Positions 37,540 through 45,932 of a stretch of 64,000 nucleotides of DNA are shown piece by piece (the first letter of the stretch is position 1; each line of letters starts with the position of its first letter). Where the stretch lies: contig DUVH01000015.1 in assembly GCA_012841145.1 (NCBI GenBank), positions 37,237-101,236 of the forward strand. The letters are read 5' to 3'. A program made the translations under genes and the position numbers. The DNA is from Clostridiaceae bacterium. Its GTDB lineage: Bacteria > Bacillota > Clostridia > Saccharofermentanales > DTU023. Under the pieces are notes generated by a model. That model made no database searches, was not told where the DNA came from, and was given only the letters and a program-made list of their open reading frames with translations.

Positions 37540-39759
37540 TTACTCGTCGGAAACCGTCGAATGTCTCCTCTTGCGTGCCGCGCATACGAACCCTGCTGAG
37601 AGGGCAACAAACAACAGCCCTGCAAACACGAGTTCTCGCGTCTCGCCCGTCGGCGGTATGCCGTCCAGCGCCGGCTCCTTCGCCTCCGCTTTTTTCACGC
37701 TCATTTGGATCGCGAAGATATGCCCGCTGTCGTTCGTATAATAGATCGTCCCCTTCCCGTCTGTTACAGGACTGGCCGTGCAATAATTCCGCTGATCTTG
37801 AACAGGTTCGTGCGCCATCTTGACGTCTTTGCCGTCGTAGACATAAAGCGCGCCCGGTTCATTATTCGCCGTAAAGAAGGTGAACGGATTACCTGTAGCG
37901 CCCGCGATCACAAGCGGCGCCGATTTCACATCTCCGACAACGTCGTATTGAAAGTCGATCGCCATGGTCGCAAGATCGATCACGGCGAATACGCCTTTGC
38001 CCTCTTTAGCGCCTCCGACGTAGGCTTTCCCTCGATAGATGGTCGGCGTCGACGTCGACACTTGACCGATCTTAACACTTCTGAGCTTGCCGAAACTGCC
38101 GTCCTCTTTGTTGAAAGTTATCTCGTGGAACTTGCCGTCACGCGAGGTAAAGTAGAGTTTTCCGTCGGCGTGAACGATCGTCGAGCGGATCGGCCCACCG
38201 ATGTTCACGGTGTTTTTAGCAACTACAGGTTGCGCGAGTGTATCAATCGCCTCGAGACCGCCGCCGTCATTTCCGATGACAAGCCATTTTCCGATCTTCA
38301 CGGGACCTGCCCAGTAATAGCCTGCAGCTGAGTTTTGATATTGCCACAGCGTTTTGCCCGTCGCCATGTCGATTGCCCGGATAATCCCGCCTAGAGCGGC
38401 ACCCTCCTTGTCAACGGCCGTCGTCGTAGAATAAGCAACTTCATCGGCGATAAGAAGCGTCGCAAGGCTTTGAATGCCGTGATTGGTAGGTTGCCATGCC
38501 TCATCATAGATTGTTATCAGGTCTTGCGCCTCGGCGACCCACTTTGTCTTCATCGTCTTCGCGTCGACCGCCTGAACGGCGCCGCCGTCAAGAGGAACAA
38601 CGACGAGTCCGTAATCGTAGGCAAGTCGACCGAAATAGCCGATGGTGTTGCGGAGCGTCTCTTTCGCGATGACATCGCCATTCCCGTTCAGCTTGAACAA
38701 TTCATTACCAGCCGCGAAGTAGAGATTGCCGCCGATAATCAGAAAGTCGGACTTCGTGGCGTAATAGTCACCCCATTCAAATTTAATCTTTTCCCCGTAC
38801 GTATTACTCCAAAGAAGCTTAAAATTACTCTCCAGCGTGCCTTCAACGTTCTTGGCGGCGTTGTGGAGACTGCCCGATCCGAAGCTCGTCCAATAATCGG
38901 GGGTCATTATTAAAGCGAGCGGTGAATCGGGCGTCTCCTGCGCGATACTGAGCGGATATCTCGGATCGTTGACAAACTTCCACTCGATCACGTCATCGGC
39001 CACGGGAATCGTTTCATCCATTCCCTTTTCTGCGCTTTTGCCGTTGATCAGCAGATACCAATAAGAGTTTTGCCCGTTGGTGACGCCTCCGGTGTTCGTC
39101 TTGCCTTCCACGGTAATCTCGTTAAGGAAAGACCCCCAATCAGAGGAAAAAATGACGACCGATCTGTTATTTGCCTGATCGTCGAGCAACTGTTTTGTAA
39201 TGTCGGCAACCGTCTTGCCGCTTTCGATCTCGACCTTCTCGCTCAACCACGGCCCGCCATCGTACGCCGTCTCTTGGTCGCCTTTCGTTTCGAGAATCTT
39301 GGAACCTGTCACGGTGAACGTCACCGTAATCGTCTCCTTAACGCTCTCAGCGGGAAGTGCTGCTAAACCGCCCTCTTCAGTCGCGACTTCCTCCGAAGAG
39401 TCCGCGGGCTTCTCCCCTTCCGAGGTGTTGGCGCCTCCCTGTTCAGCTTCCGTCGCAACTCCCTTAGTAGAGTCTGCGGGCTGCTCCCCGCCCGAGGCAT
39501 TGGCGCCTCCCTCTTCAGCTTCTGTCACAGGGTCTTGCCCGCTGCTCGGAGCTTGCGACTCCGCATTCGGATCGCCAGCCGTTTCTCCTCCGGACTCAGA
39601 CGCTTCCCCTCCCGTCGAGCCCTCGCCGCTTCCCGTTTCCGTCGCAACCGTCTCGCCGCCTTGCGCTGACGCATACGTTGTCGGCATGACGAACGGCGCA
39701 ATTGACACCATGAGCGCCACAATCACTAAGATGGCGCCCCATCTTTTCAGTTCCTTCAT
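37540..39759 (-). CDS. cell-wall-anchored surface protein: acidic tandem repeats + DUF4430 domain + PQQ/BamB-like beta-propeller + [LI]PxTG sorting signal
   Basis: The ATG at 39759 is 8 nt after GGAGG (the track ORF starts at an upstream TTG, 39774). The protein has a signal peptide, a DUF4430-like segment (ITVTFTVTG...YWYLLINGKSAEKGMDETIPVADDVIEWKF), repeated beta-propeller-like blades, and a C-terminus IPPTGE + hydrophobic helix + ARKRRH. Confidence 0.75.
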   Translation of the reverse strand: MKELKRWGAILVIVALMVSIAPFVMPTTYASAQGGETVATETGSGEGSTGGEASESGGETAGDPNAESQAPSSGQDPVTEAEEGGANASGGEQPADSTKGVATEAEQGGANTSEGEKPADSSEEVATEEGGLAALPAESVKETITVTFTVTGSKILETKGDQETAYDGGPWLSEKVEIESGKTVADITKQLLDDQANNRSVVIFSSDWGSFLNEITVEGKTNTGGVTNGQNSYWYLLINGKSAEKGMDETIPVADDVIEWKFVNDPRYPLSIAQETPDSPLALIMTPDYWTSFGSGSLHNAAKNVEGTLESNFKLLWSNTYGEKIKFEWGDYYATKSDFLIIGGNLYFAAGNELFKLNGNGDVIAKETLRNTIGYFGRLAYDYGLVVVPLDGGAVQAVDAKTMKTKWVAEAQDLITIYDEAWQPTNHGIQSLATLLIADEVAYSTTTAVDKEGAALGGIIRAIDMATGKTLWQYQNSAAGYYWAGPVKIGKWLVIGNDGGGLEAIDTLAQPVVAKNTVNIGGPIRSTIVHADGKLYFTSRDGKFHEITFNKEDGSFGKLRSVKIGQVSTSTPTIYRGKAYVGGAKEGKGVFAVIDLATMAIDFQYDVVGDVKSAPLVIAGATGNPFTFFTANNEPGALYVYDGKDVKMAHEPVQDQRNYCTASPVTDGKGTIYYTNDSGHIFAIQMSVKKAEAKEPALDGIPPTGETRELVFAGLLFVALSAGFVCAARKRRHSTVSDE
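39367..39525 (-). repeat. 72-bp coding tandem repeat (~2.2 copies) in the surface protein N-terminal region
   Basis: Peptide units are TEAEEGGANASGGEQPADSTKGVA / TEAEQGGANTSEGEKPADSSEEVA / TEEGG. The DNA units are visibly near-identical (GAGG(T/C)(G/A)TTGGCGCCTCCCT(G/C)TTCAGCTTC). Confidence 0.85.
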
Positions 39760-39825
39760 CGATAAAACCTCCAATTCCTCTTGTCGATGGACCTGGGGTT
39801 TTGCTCGTTTCGGGATGCGTCGCCA

Positions 39826-39874
39826 TAAAAAGAACCGCGCGTCCGTCTCACAGTCGGAACGCGCGGTCCGTTTT
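39826..39874 (-). terminator. second terminator-like hairpin in the operon leader
   Basis: Perfect 9-bp GC-rich stem: ACCGCGCGT (39834-39842) / ACGCGCGGT (39859-39867). Flanked by an A-run and a T-run (bidirectional-looking). Lies between the riboswitch terminator and the RBS. Confidence 0.5.
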
Positions 39875-39889
39875 CACACCATACGCATC

Positions 39890-39928
39890 AAAAAACCCGT
39901 AACGCACAATAACCCGTTGCACTGTTAC
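39890..39928 (-). terminator. riboswitch expression-platform terminator
   Basis: Minus-strand GTAACAGTGCAA-cgggtta-TTGTGCGTTAC (one bulge, G-U pairs), followed by GGGTTTTTT. Confidence 0.6.
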
Positions 39929-39930
39929 TC

Positions 39931-40093
39931 TACTGCGCTCGGCAGGTCTTCTGGCTCATGAGGCGAAGCTGTGACTTCCGTTTTTTCCGCCTTCCCAATT
40001 TCTCAGTGGCTGACCTAGTCAGGAAAAAACACTCATTTACAGCGGCGGTACCGCACAGGTTTTTCACCTGTTTCCCTTCGCTCGAACGCACTA
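39931..40093 (-). promoter_or_regulatory. cobalamin (B12) riboswitch aptamer
   Basis: Minus-strand read contains AGGGAAACAGGTGAAAAACCTGTGCGGTACCGCCGCTGTAA and the B12 box GAGCCAGAAGACCTGCC. It is closed by a P1-like pairing TAGTGCG/CGCAGTA (one mismatch) and lies upstream of the surface-protein/ECF operon. Confidence 0.85.
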
Positions 40094-40218
40094 TTCATTT
40101 ATACATTGATCATAGAATAGAATCGTCTCTGAAGTCAAACAATAGAGAGCAAACTCCCCTGCATCCTGTCTTTATTTTCCGGCATCTTCGTTATGTATCT
40201 CGCGCGATTCCGTATCAG

Positions 40219-41799
40219 TTACCACTCGGGACATCTGTACACACCGATGAGAATCGGCGTATTGTACTTTCCCTCTGTCAAACAGAAGATAAACGGACGA
40301 TCAAAAACAGCCTCCAGCGACATCCGGTCGACGGCATCGAGACCGTGCGCGTCGGGTTCATGGACTGAACCGTCAATCGAGAACTCAATGACTTGATCGA
40401 TCACAGGAAAGGATACGCCTTCGCCGTCTAACCACTGCAGATTTACGGGCATCTTAATAAACTCGCACAACTCCTCTACACATGAAGAGCCGACGAGATT
40501 GTGCCTGTCGGCGATTTTGAACATAGGGAATCGAGCGACGGCGTTCTCACCAGCCGGATCTGCCGTCAGAAGTCTCGTAAAGAAATGATCCTGCCTCAGC
40601 AGATCATCGGGTGTCAAATCTTCATCGGGTAAAACAAGATAGATATTGCCGCCCTCAACAGGCAATTCACATGCGACCGCGCCGTCGAGCTGAAAATGCC
40701 TGAGCGACGCATCATCGGAATCGTAAAATGACAAATCTGTTAATGTTCCGCGAGATGTATGGAACACTCCCTCGCTGAGGTTAACATCCGCCAGACTGCG
40801 TTTCGACATGGCATCGATGTTACACCGGAACGTAAGCAGCAGTTCATTCCCGGGATTCCAGCGGGCGGAATCAACTGACTGAGAAAACACAACAGGCACA
40901 GGATCATCCGGCTCGCTTTCCAACGTATAGACATCGAATAAATATCTTTTACACAGTGATCCCAACAACGTCCGGTCACACTTCTCATACAAGTCTGCGC
41001 CCATCAACAATGAGTTTTGCGCATCGAATTCATCTATTGAGAAATGGTATGGAAAAGAGCTCGCATCAAACTCATCTTCATCGGGCACATCTATATCCCA
41101 GCGATCAAGCAATGCAAGCCGATCGCTATCGACGCTGTCAGCAAGGAAAGCGAACATCTGGTACAGATTAAGGGGTGAGTACACGGCATTTACCTCGCCA
41201 CCGGAGAGAACTTGACAGGCAGATTGATCGGCCAAGCGCGCGATCTCTCGCGACACGGCAGATGCGCTTTCATCACCTGTCGTCGTTGTCGGTTTCATTG
41301 GAGGCATTTCGATCGACTCGATGGCTTTAACGGGCTTATCACTATCTAAAAGGAGGAGGTAATCGTTTTGAGCTACGACTCCCTCGAGTGAATCAAAGTC
41401 GTGCGAGTCAGACTTTTGCCCCGGGGCGTTCTGCATTTCGAATTTTGCGGAGGCGTCTTCCGGCGCCCTCGCACCCTGCGTGGCATTCAAAACGAAGAGG
41501 ATGCCGAAGACGACGACGAGACACGCCGCGATACTCGCCACGGAAATTAAGACCTTGCGATTCGACCAGCCCTTGCGTTTGTTTCGCACGTTCATGTTGC
41601 GGCGATCGTCGGACGCAGCTTGAAGGACAGTTTGATTTCGCTCGACTTCGACAGCGGAACTAGCGTCAATACGGCGAAGAGGCATCCTGATGACGTTCTT
41701 CCTCTTTGCAGGCTCGACGTCGAGCAGCAAGTCGTCATCAATCGACGAAAGACTTTGCATCAATCGATTTAACATCTCTTGCTCATCACTCATAGCCAT
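40219..41799 (-). CDS. single-pass membrane protein with extracytoplasmic serpin-fold domain; putative anti-sigma factor by synteny
   Basis: 526 aa. About 95 aa cytoplasmic N-terminus, a TM helix (VLISVASIAACLVVVFGILFVL), then a serpin-like domain. Serpin landmarks: NAVYSPLNLYQMFAFLA, ACELPVEGGNIYLVLPDE, VARFPMFKI, and the C-terminal FDRPFIFCLTEGKYNTPILIGVYRCPEW (compare the serpin F-x-a-D-r-P-F-l-F...G-r-v-x-x-P). Its start overlaps the sigma gene by 14 nt. Confidence 0.7.
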   Translation of the reverse strand: MAMSDEQEMLNRLMQSLSSIDDDLLLDVEPAKRKNVIRMPLRRIDASSAVEVERNQTVLQAASDDRRNMNVRNKRKGWSNRKVLISVASIAACLVVVFGILFVLNATQGARAPEDASAKFEMQNAPGQKSDSHDFDSLEGVVAQNDYLLLLDSDKPVKAIESIEMPPMKPTTTTGDESASAVSREIARLADQSACQVLSGGEVNAVYSPLNLYQMFAFLADSVDSDRLALLDRWDIDVPDEDEFDASSFPYHFSIDEFDAQNSLLMGADLYEKCDRTLLGSLCKRYLFDVYTLESEPDDPVPVVFSQSVDSARWNPGNELLLTFRCNIDAMSKRSLADVNLSEGVFHTSRGTLTDLSFYDSDDASLRHFQLDGAVACELPVEGGNIYLVLPDEDLTPDDLLRQDHFFTRLLTADPAGENAVARFPMFKIADRHNLVGSSCVEELCEFIKMPVNLQWLDGEGVSFPVIDQVIEFSIDGSVHEPDAHGLDAVDRMSLEAVFDRPFIFCLTEGKYNTPILIGVYRCPEW

Positions 41800-42364
41800 A
41801 CCCCTTTCTTATGAACTTATCCTTCAACTCGGCTCTCATCCTAAACATCAATGATTTGACGGCGCCTTCCGTCATTCCGTGCTCTTCCGCAATCTCGCGC
41901 ACACCCGAGGCGTAGAAATAGCGTTGGATGAAAATGGTTCTACGCAGTTTCGTTTGAGAGCGGAGATACTCGCTGATTACCTCCGCCATCTCGGCATTCT
42001 CCAACAGCCGAACCGTGTCCGCCTCGGATGCGATGCATTCACTTAACTCGTCCAGCAAAAGATTAATCTTTCCGCCTCCGCGTTTACTTCTCGTCTTCTC
42101 TTTTACACGATCGAGCGCATTGTTGCGGGCTATCTTGCACAAATACGCTTTTAAATACTCAGGGCGCTCAGGAGGAATCGAATTCCAAGCGGCCAAGTAC
42201 GTATCGTTTACGCACTCCTCAACATCTTCGCGATTCCCGAGAATGTTCCATGCCAAACTGCGCAACAGAACACCGTATTTATCCATCGACGACATGATCG
42301 CTTCTTCTGAGCGCTCAAAGTAGAGTTCGATAATCGCTTCATCTGTCAGGTGGCCCGATACCAT
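41786..42364 (-). CDS. ECF-type sigma-70 family RNA polymerase sigma factor
   Basis: The track ORF extends to 42406; the ATG at 42364 (MVSGHLTDEAIIELYF...) is the more typical N-terminus. Region 2 (DVEECVNDTYLAAW) and a region 4 HTH (GVREIAEEHGMTEGAVKSLMFRMR) are present. Confidence 0.8.
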   Translation of the reverse strand: MVSGHLTDEAIIELYFERSEEAIMSSMDKYGVLLRSLAWNILGNREDVEECVNDTYLAAWNSIPPERPEYLKAYLCKIARNNALDRVKEKTRSKRGGGKINLLLDELSECIASEADTVRLLENAEMAEVISEYLRSQTKLRRTIFIQRYFYASGVREIAEEHGMTEGAVKSLMFRMRAELKDKFIRKGYGYE

Positions 42365-42586
42365 GCCCTGCGCGGATCTCTCTTTCCGATAATAAGTTGA
42401 CCGCAAGCCGTCTCACAGCCGGCGACAGTCATCTCTCTATCGGAAATTGTATCACGCGCCACATCAATATTTCCTTTCACTGCATAAGACGACAAAAATG
42501 ATCTGCGGTTACGCATAAAGTGCTTAAACACGAACTCTTCTCGGATTCTCATCGATACTTGTTCAATTTGACGAGACTTTTTCCGC

Positions 42587-42615
42587 TTGACACGTTGAAT
42601 TTCCTTCTCTATACT
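42587..42615 (+). promoter_or_regulatory. sigma-A type promoter of the acpP-fab operon
   Basis: TTGACA (42587-42592), 17-nt spacer, TATACT (42610-42615). A perfect 12-bp palindrome ATTTATATAAAT at 42632-42643 lies just downstream and is a candidate operator. Confidence 0.6.
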
Positions 42616-42724
42616 TCGAATGGTTAAAATTATTTATATAAATTTATTTAACATTCATTTCTTAATGACCGACCGCGGTCGAAAGAGTGAAGACGAAGAA
42701 AAGATCTTAGGAGGTCATCATCGT

Positions 42725-42955
42725 ATGGTAAAGGAAAAAATTGTAGATATCTTTGTCGATCTGTTGGGAGTATCCGCAGAAGAGGTCACGGAGAACGCGC
42801 GCCTGATTGAAGATTTAGCAGTCGATTCTCTTGACGCCGTCGAACTCTCGCTGGCTCTCGAAGAGCAGTTCTCGCTCACAGTTGAAGACCACGAGATTGA
42901 ACAGCTTCAAACAGTTTCCGATGTTATCAATTTGATTCAAGGGAAACTCGGCTGA
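42725..42955 (+). CDS. acpP: acyl carrier protein
   Basis: The ATG at 42725 follows TAGGAGG. 76 aa: MVKEKIVDIFVDLLGV...LAVDSLDAVELSLALEEQF with the phosphopantetheine Ser in DSLD. The track ORF from 42620 is an artefactual 5' extension. Confidence 0.9.
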   Translation: MVKEKIVDIFVDLLGVSAEEVTENARLIEDLAVDSLDAVELSLALEEQFSLTVEDHEIEQLQTVSDVINLIQGKLG

Positions 42956-42971
42956 TTCATTTTCCGATGTA

Positions 42972-43019
42972 AAAGCCTGCCTGTTCATCCCACCCCCCGG
43001 GAAGGCAGGCTTTCTTTTT
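42972..43019 (+). terminator. hairpin terminator/attenuator after acpP
   Basis: AAAGCCTGCC...GGCAGGCTTT followed by CTTTTTAT. Confidence 0.7.
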
Positions 43020-43054
43020 ATCAGCGATTCCAACTATTACCATGAGGCAATAAC

Positions 43055-44014
43055 ATGAAACTAACACTTTGCAGTTGCGGGCATGCTGTACCCGCCAAAT
43101 GCATTCACAATAACTATTTCACTACATTTCTCGAAACGTCCGATCAGTGGATAAGGGAACGATCCGGCATTGTCACGCGACACCATGTCGAAGACGAATC
43201 GCTTGTCGAGCTGACGATCGAGGCGGCACAACACTGTCTCGACGGAGTCCCTGAGCGCGTGCGCGAGAAAATAGGCGTCGTCATCGTCGCTTCTGTCAAT
43301 CCGGAGCGCATCGTACCGTCGATCGCGTCGTGCCTGCAGACTCCGCTCAGACTTTCAGAAGATGTACTCACGTTTGATATGAACACTGGTTGCAGCGGAC
43401 TCGTCTATGCCATTGAGATCGCAGGCAAACTGCTCGCCGGAATGGAAGAAGGAACTTATGCGCTGACAGTCGGCGCGGAAACACTTTCGCGCATGACCGA
43501 TTTTACGGATCGTTCGACGTGCGTCTTATTCGGTGACGCGGCAGCCGCTTCGCTCTGGACGTTGACGCCCGGTGAACGCGATACTTTTTCCGCATTTACA
43601 CGTAGCGATGACCAAGTCTTATTCACCGATGAACGAGGCAAAATACACATGGAAGGCAAAAATGTCTTCCGTTTCGCCGTAACGACAGTCCCCCGGCTGA
43701 TAAGAAAAACGGCCGAAATGGCGGATATCACGCTTTCCGATATCGACTTTTTCCTGACACATCAGGCAAACAGCCGAATTATCCAATCGATCGCGCGCGA
43801 TCTCAAAGTTCCTATCGAACGCTTTCCCATGAACCTCGAACACTACGGAAATACGTCGGCCGCGAGTATCGGCCTCCTGATGAGCGAACTGTGGCATAGC
43901 GGTCAGCTCGATGGAGAAAAAACGCTCTGCCTGTCAGGATTCGGCGCGGGACTCACCGCCGGCTCTCTTCTGTTGAAAGGACATAGACCACATGTGGCTT
44001 CAGAAAACATTTAA
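43055..44014 (+). CDS. fabH: 3-oxoacyl-ACP synthase III
   Basis: 319 aa. Active-site context NTGCSGLVYA, with HQANSRI and GNTSAASI motifs. Confidence 0.92.
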   Translation: MKLTLCSCGHAVPAKCIHNNYFTTFLETSDQWIRERSGIVTRHHVEDESLVELTIEAAQHCLDGVPERVREKIGVVIVASVNPERIVPSIASCLQTPLRLSEDVLTFDMNTGCSGLVYAIEIAGKLLAGMEEGTYALTVGAETLSRMTDFTDRSTCVLFGDAAAASLWTLTPGERDTFSAFTRSDDQVLFTDERGKIHMEGKNVFRFAVTTVPRLIRKTAEMADITLSDIDFFLTHQANSRIIQSIARDLKVPIERFPMNLEHYGNTSAASIGLLMSELWHSGQLDGEKTLCLSGFGAGLTAGSLLLKGHRPHVASENI

Positions 44015-44927
44015 TCTCGAATACCCCGTACTGCAAGGCGGCATGGCGCACGTCGCAACGGCCACATTCGCGGCGGCCGTGTCGAATGCGGGAGCTATGG
44101 GACAAATAGGCACCGGAGCGATGACCTCTTCTCAGGTGCGCGACGCCATCCGTCAAACACGCGCGCTGACCGAGAAGCCTTTCGGCGTCAACATCATGCT
44201 GATGAATCCCGAAGCCGACGAGATCGCCAAGATCATCGCGGAAGAACGCGTTCCGCTTGTCACAACGGGCGCAGGAAGTCCCGGACGCTTTATACCGATG
44301 TGGAAAGATGCGGGGTGTATCGTTATCCCCGTCGTCTCCTCACTCAGTCTTGCCGTTCGTATGGAGCGAACAGGCGCCGATGCCGTTATCGCCGAGGGTC
44401 AGGAGGCGGGCGGTCATATCGGAGAAATGACCTCACTCGTCCTCTGGCCTCTTCTCTCAGAGAACTTAAGCATTCCCGTCATCGCCGCCGGCGGACTGGC
44501 TAAAGGGAGTCAGCTTCTAGCCGCAAGGCTGCTCGGTGCCGAAGGATTTCAGCTCGGTACGATCTTTCTGGCAACTGAGGAATGCCCCATACACGAACAT
44601 TACAAGGATGCCGTCGTACAGGCGCGCGATTCGCAAATCGGCGTCATCGGCCGATTCAACGGTTTACCTTGTCGCGTGTTGAAAAACTCGCTCGCTCGTC
44701 AGGCAGTCGAACTCGAAAAACACGAATCGGACAAGATGATTCTCGAACAGAAGCTTGCAGGATCTCTGAGGCGCGCAGTATTCGACGGCGACAAAGTTGA
44801 CGGCGGTTTTATGATGGGCCTCTCCGCGAGTTTAATCAGCGAGATCAAGCCGATTCGTCAATTGCTTGAGGACTTGTTTGAAGAGATGGAGTCGGCCAAG
44901 ACACGTTGTAGAGAAGAAAGGTCGTGA
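43992..44927 (+). CDS. fabK: enoyl-ACP reductase II (FMN-dependent, nitronate monooxygenase fold)
   Basis: 311 aa: LEYPVLQGGMAHVATATFAAAVSNAGAMGQIG, AEGQEAGGHIG. Located between fabH and fabD. Confidence 0.88.
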   Translation: MWLQKTFNLEYPVLQGGMAHVATATFAAAVSNAGAMGQIGTGAMTSSQVRDAIRQTRALTEKPFGVNIMLMNPEADEIAKIIAEERVPLVTTGAGSPGRFIPMWKDAGCIVIPVVSSLSLAVRMERTGADAVIAEGQEAGGHIGEMTSLVLWPLLSENLSIPVIAAGGLAKGSQLLAARLLGAEGFQLGTIFLATEECPIHEHYKDAVVQARDSQIGVIGRFNGLPCRVLKNSLARQAVELEKHESDKMILEQKLAGSLRRAVFDGDKVDGGFMMGLSASLISEIKPIRQLLEDLFEEMESAKTRCREERS

Positions 44928-45919
44928 AAGAGATGAAAGAAATAAAAGATCAATCATTTGTCTTCCTGTACGGAGGACAAGGTTCGCAAGTTGCGGGTAT
45001 GGGGCGCGATTTTGCCGACCATTACCCTGAAATCGGGGCGTTCTACAGTCATTTTTTTGCCCGTTACCCAGTCTATAAGAACTTGCTCGATCCGTCATTT
45101 GACAAGATCAACGAGACATTTTACGCGCAACCGGCGCTCACACTCCTAGGACTCGCCGTGACGCACTTATTAAAAAAGGAGGGCGTAGAACCGGCGGCAA
45201 CAGCAGGACTCAGCATCGGGGAATTCCCGGCTCTCACGACGGCAGGCATTTACTCAGATGTATCAGTACTCGACATCGTTGCCAAACGTGCCGCGTTGAT
45301 GGATCGACGGTTAAAAAAACGTCGTGAAGACGGCTTTGATGACGGAATGCTCGCCGTCATCGGGCTCTCCGGAGACGCTGTCGAAGAACAGCTTGTCCCT
45401 TTCGGGAAGGAAGTCTCAATCACTAATATCAACGCGCCGACACAGCTCGTTGTCGGCGGTGAAAGGGCGACGCTCGAAAAAGTTAGAGAAGCCGTTCTGA
45501 AAGCCGGCGCCCGACGGGCAGTCATGCTTGAATGTGAAGGAGCTTTCCACACCTCCGTCTTCGAAGATGAGGTTGATGAGCTCGCTGCGGAAATATCGGG
45601 TCACAGGGCCTCGGACCCTGTCATCCCCATGCCGCTCAATGCGCTCGGAGAATTTATGTCGGATGAGAATGTTCCTGAGGAAATCCTCTCCTTGCCGACT
45701 TCCGAGCGCTACGCCCGTCTCATGTCGCGTCAAATGAGCACCACAGTCAATCTGAACGGTTGTCTGGATACCTTGTTGGCAGAGGGATGGACACATTTCA
45801 TCGAAATTGCGCCGCGCGCCGTTCTGACGCCCATGCTGAAAAAGAAATCATCCGACTCCGTCGCTTTCACAGTCAGCGATCTTCATTCTTTTAACGCGTT
45901 ATTGGCGACACTTAATTAA
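44924..45919 (+). CDS. fabD: malonyl-CoA:ACP transacylase
   Basis: 331 aa. FLYGGQGSQ and the GLSIGEF nucleophile motif are present. Confidence 0.9.
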   Translation: MKEMKEIKDQSFVFLYGGQGSQVAGMGRDFADHYPEIGAFYSHFFARYPVYKNLLDPSFDKINETFYAQPALTLLGLAVTHLLKKEGVEPAATAGLSIGEFPALTTAGIYSDVSVLDIVAKRAALMDRRLKKRREDGFDDGMLAVIGLSGDAVEEQLVPFGKEVSITNINAPTQLVVGGERATLEKVREAVLKAGARRAVMLECEGAFHTSVFEDEVDELAAEISGHRASDPVIPMPLNALGEFMSDENVPEEILSLPTSERYARLMSRQMSTTVNLNGCLDTLLAEGWTHFIEIAPRAVLTPMLKKKSSDSVAFTVSDLHSFNALLATLN

Positions 45920-45932
45920 AGGAGACTAGAGA

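Noticed and set aside
39200-39961. 253-aa plus-strand ORF rich in S/P/A
   Set aside because: It is antisense to the repeat/acidic region of the surface protein and runs across the riboswitch. It has no RBS and a repeat-driven composition.
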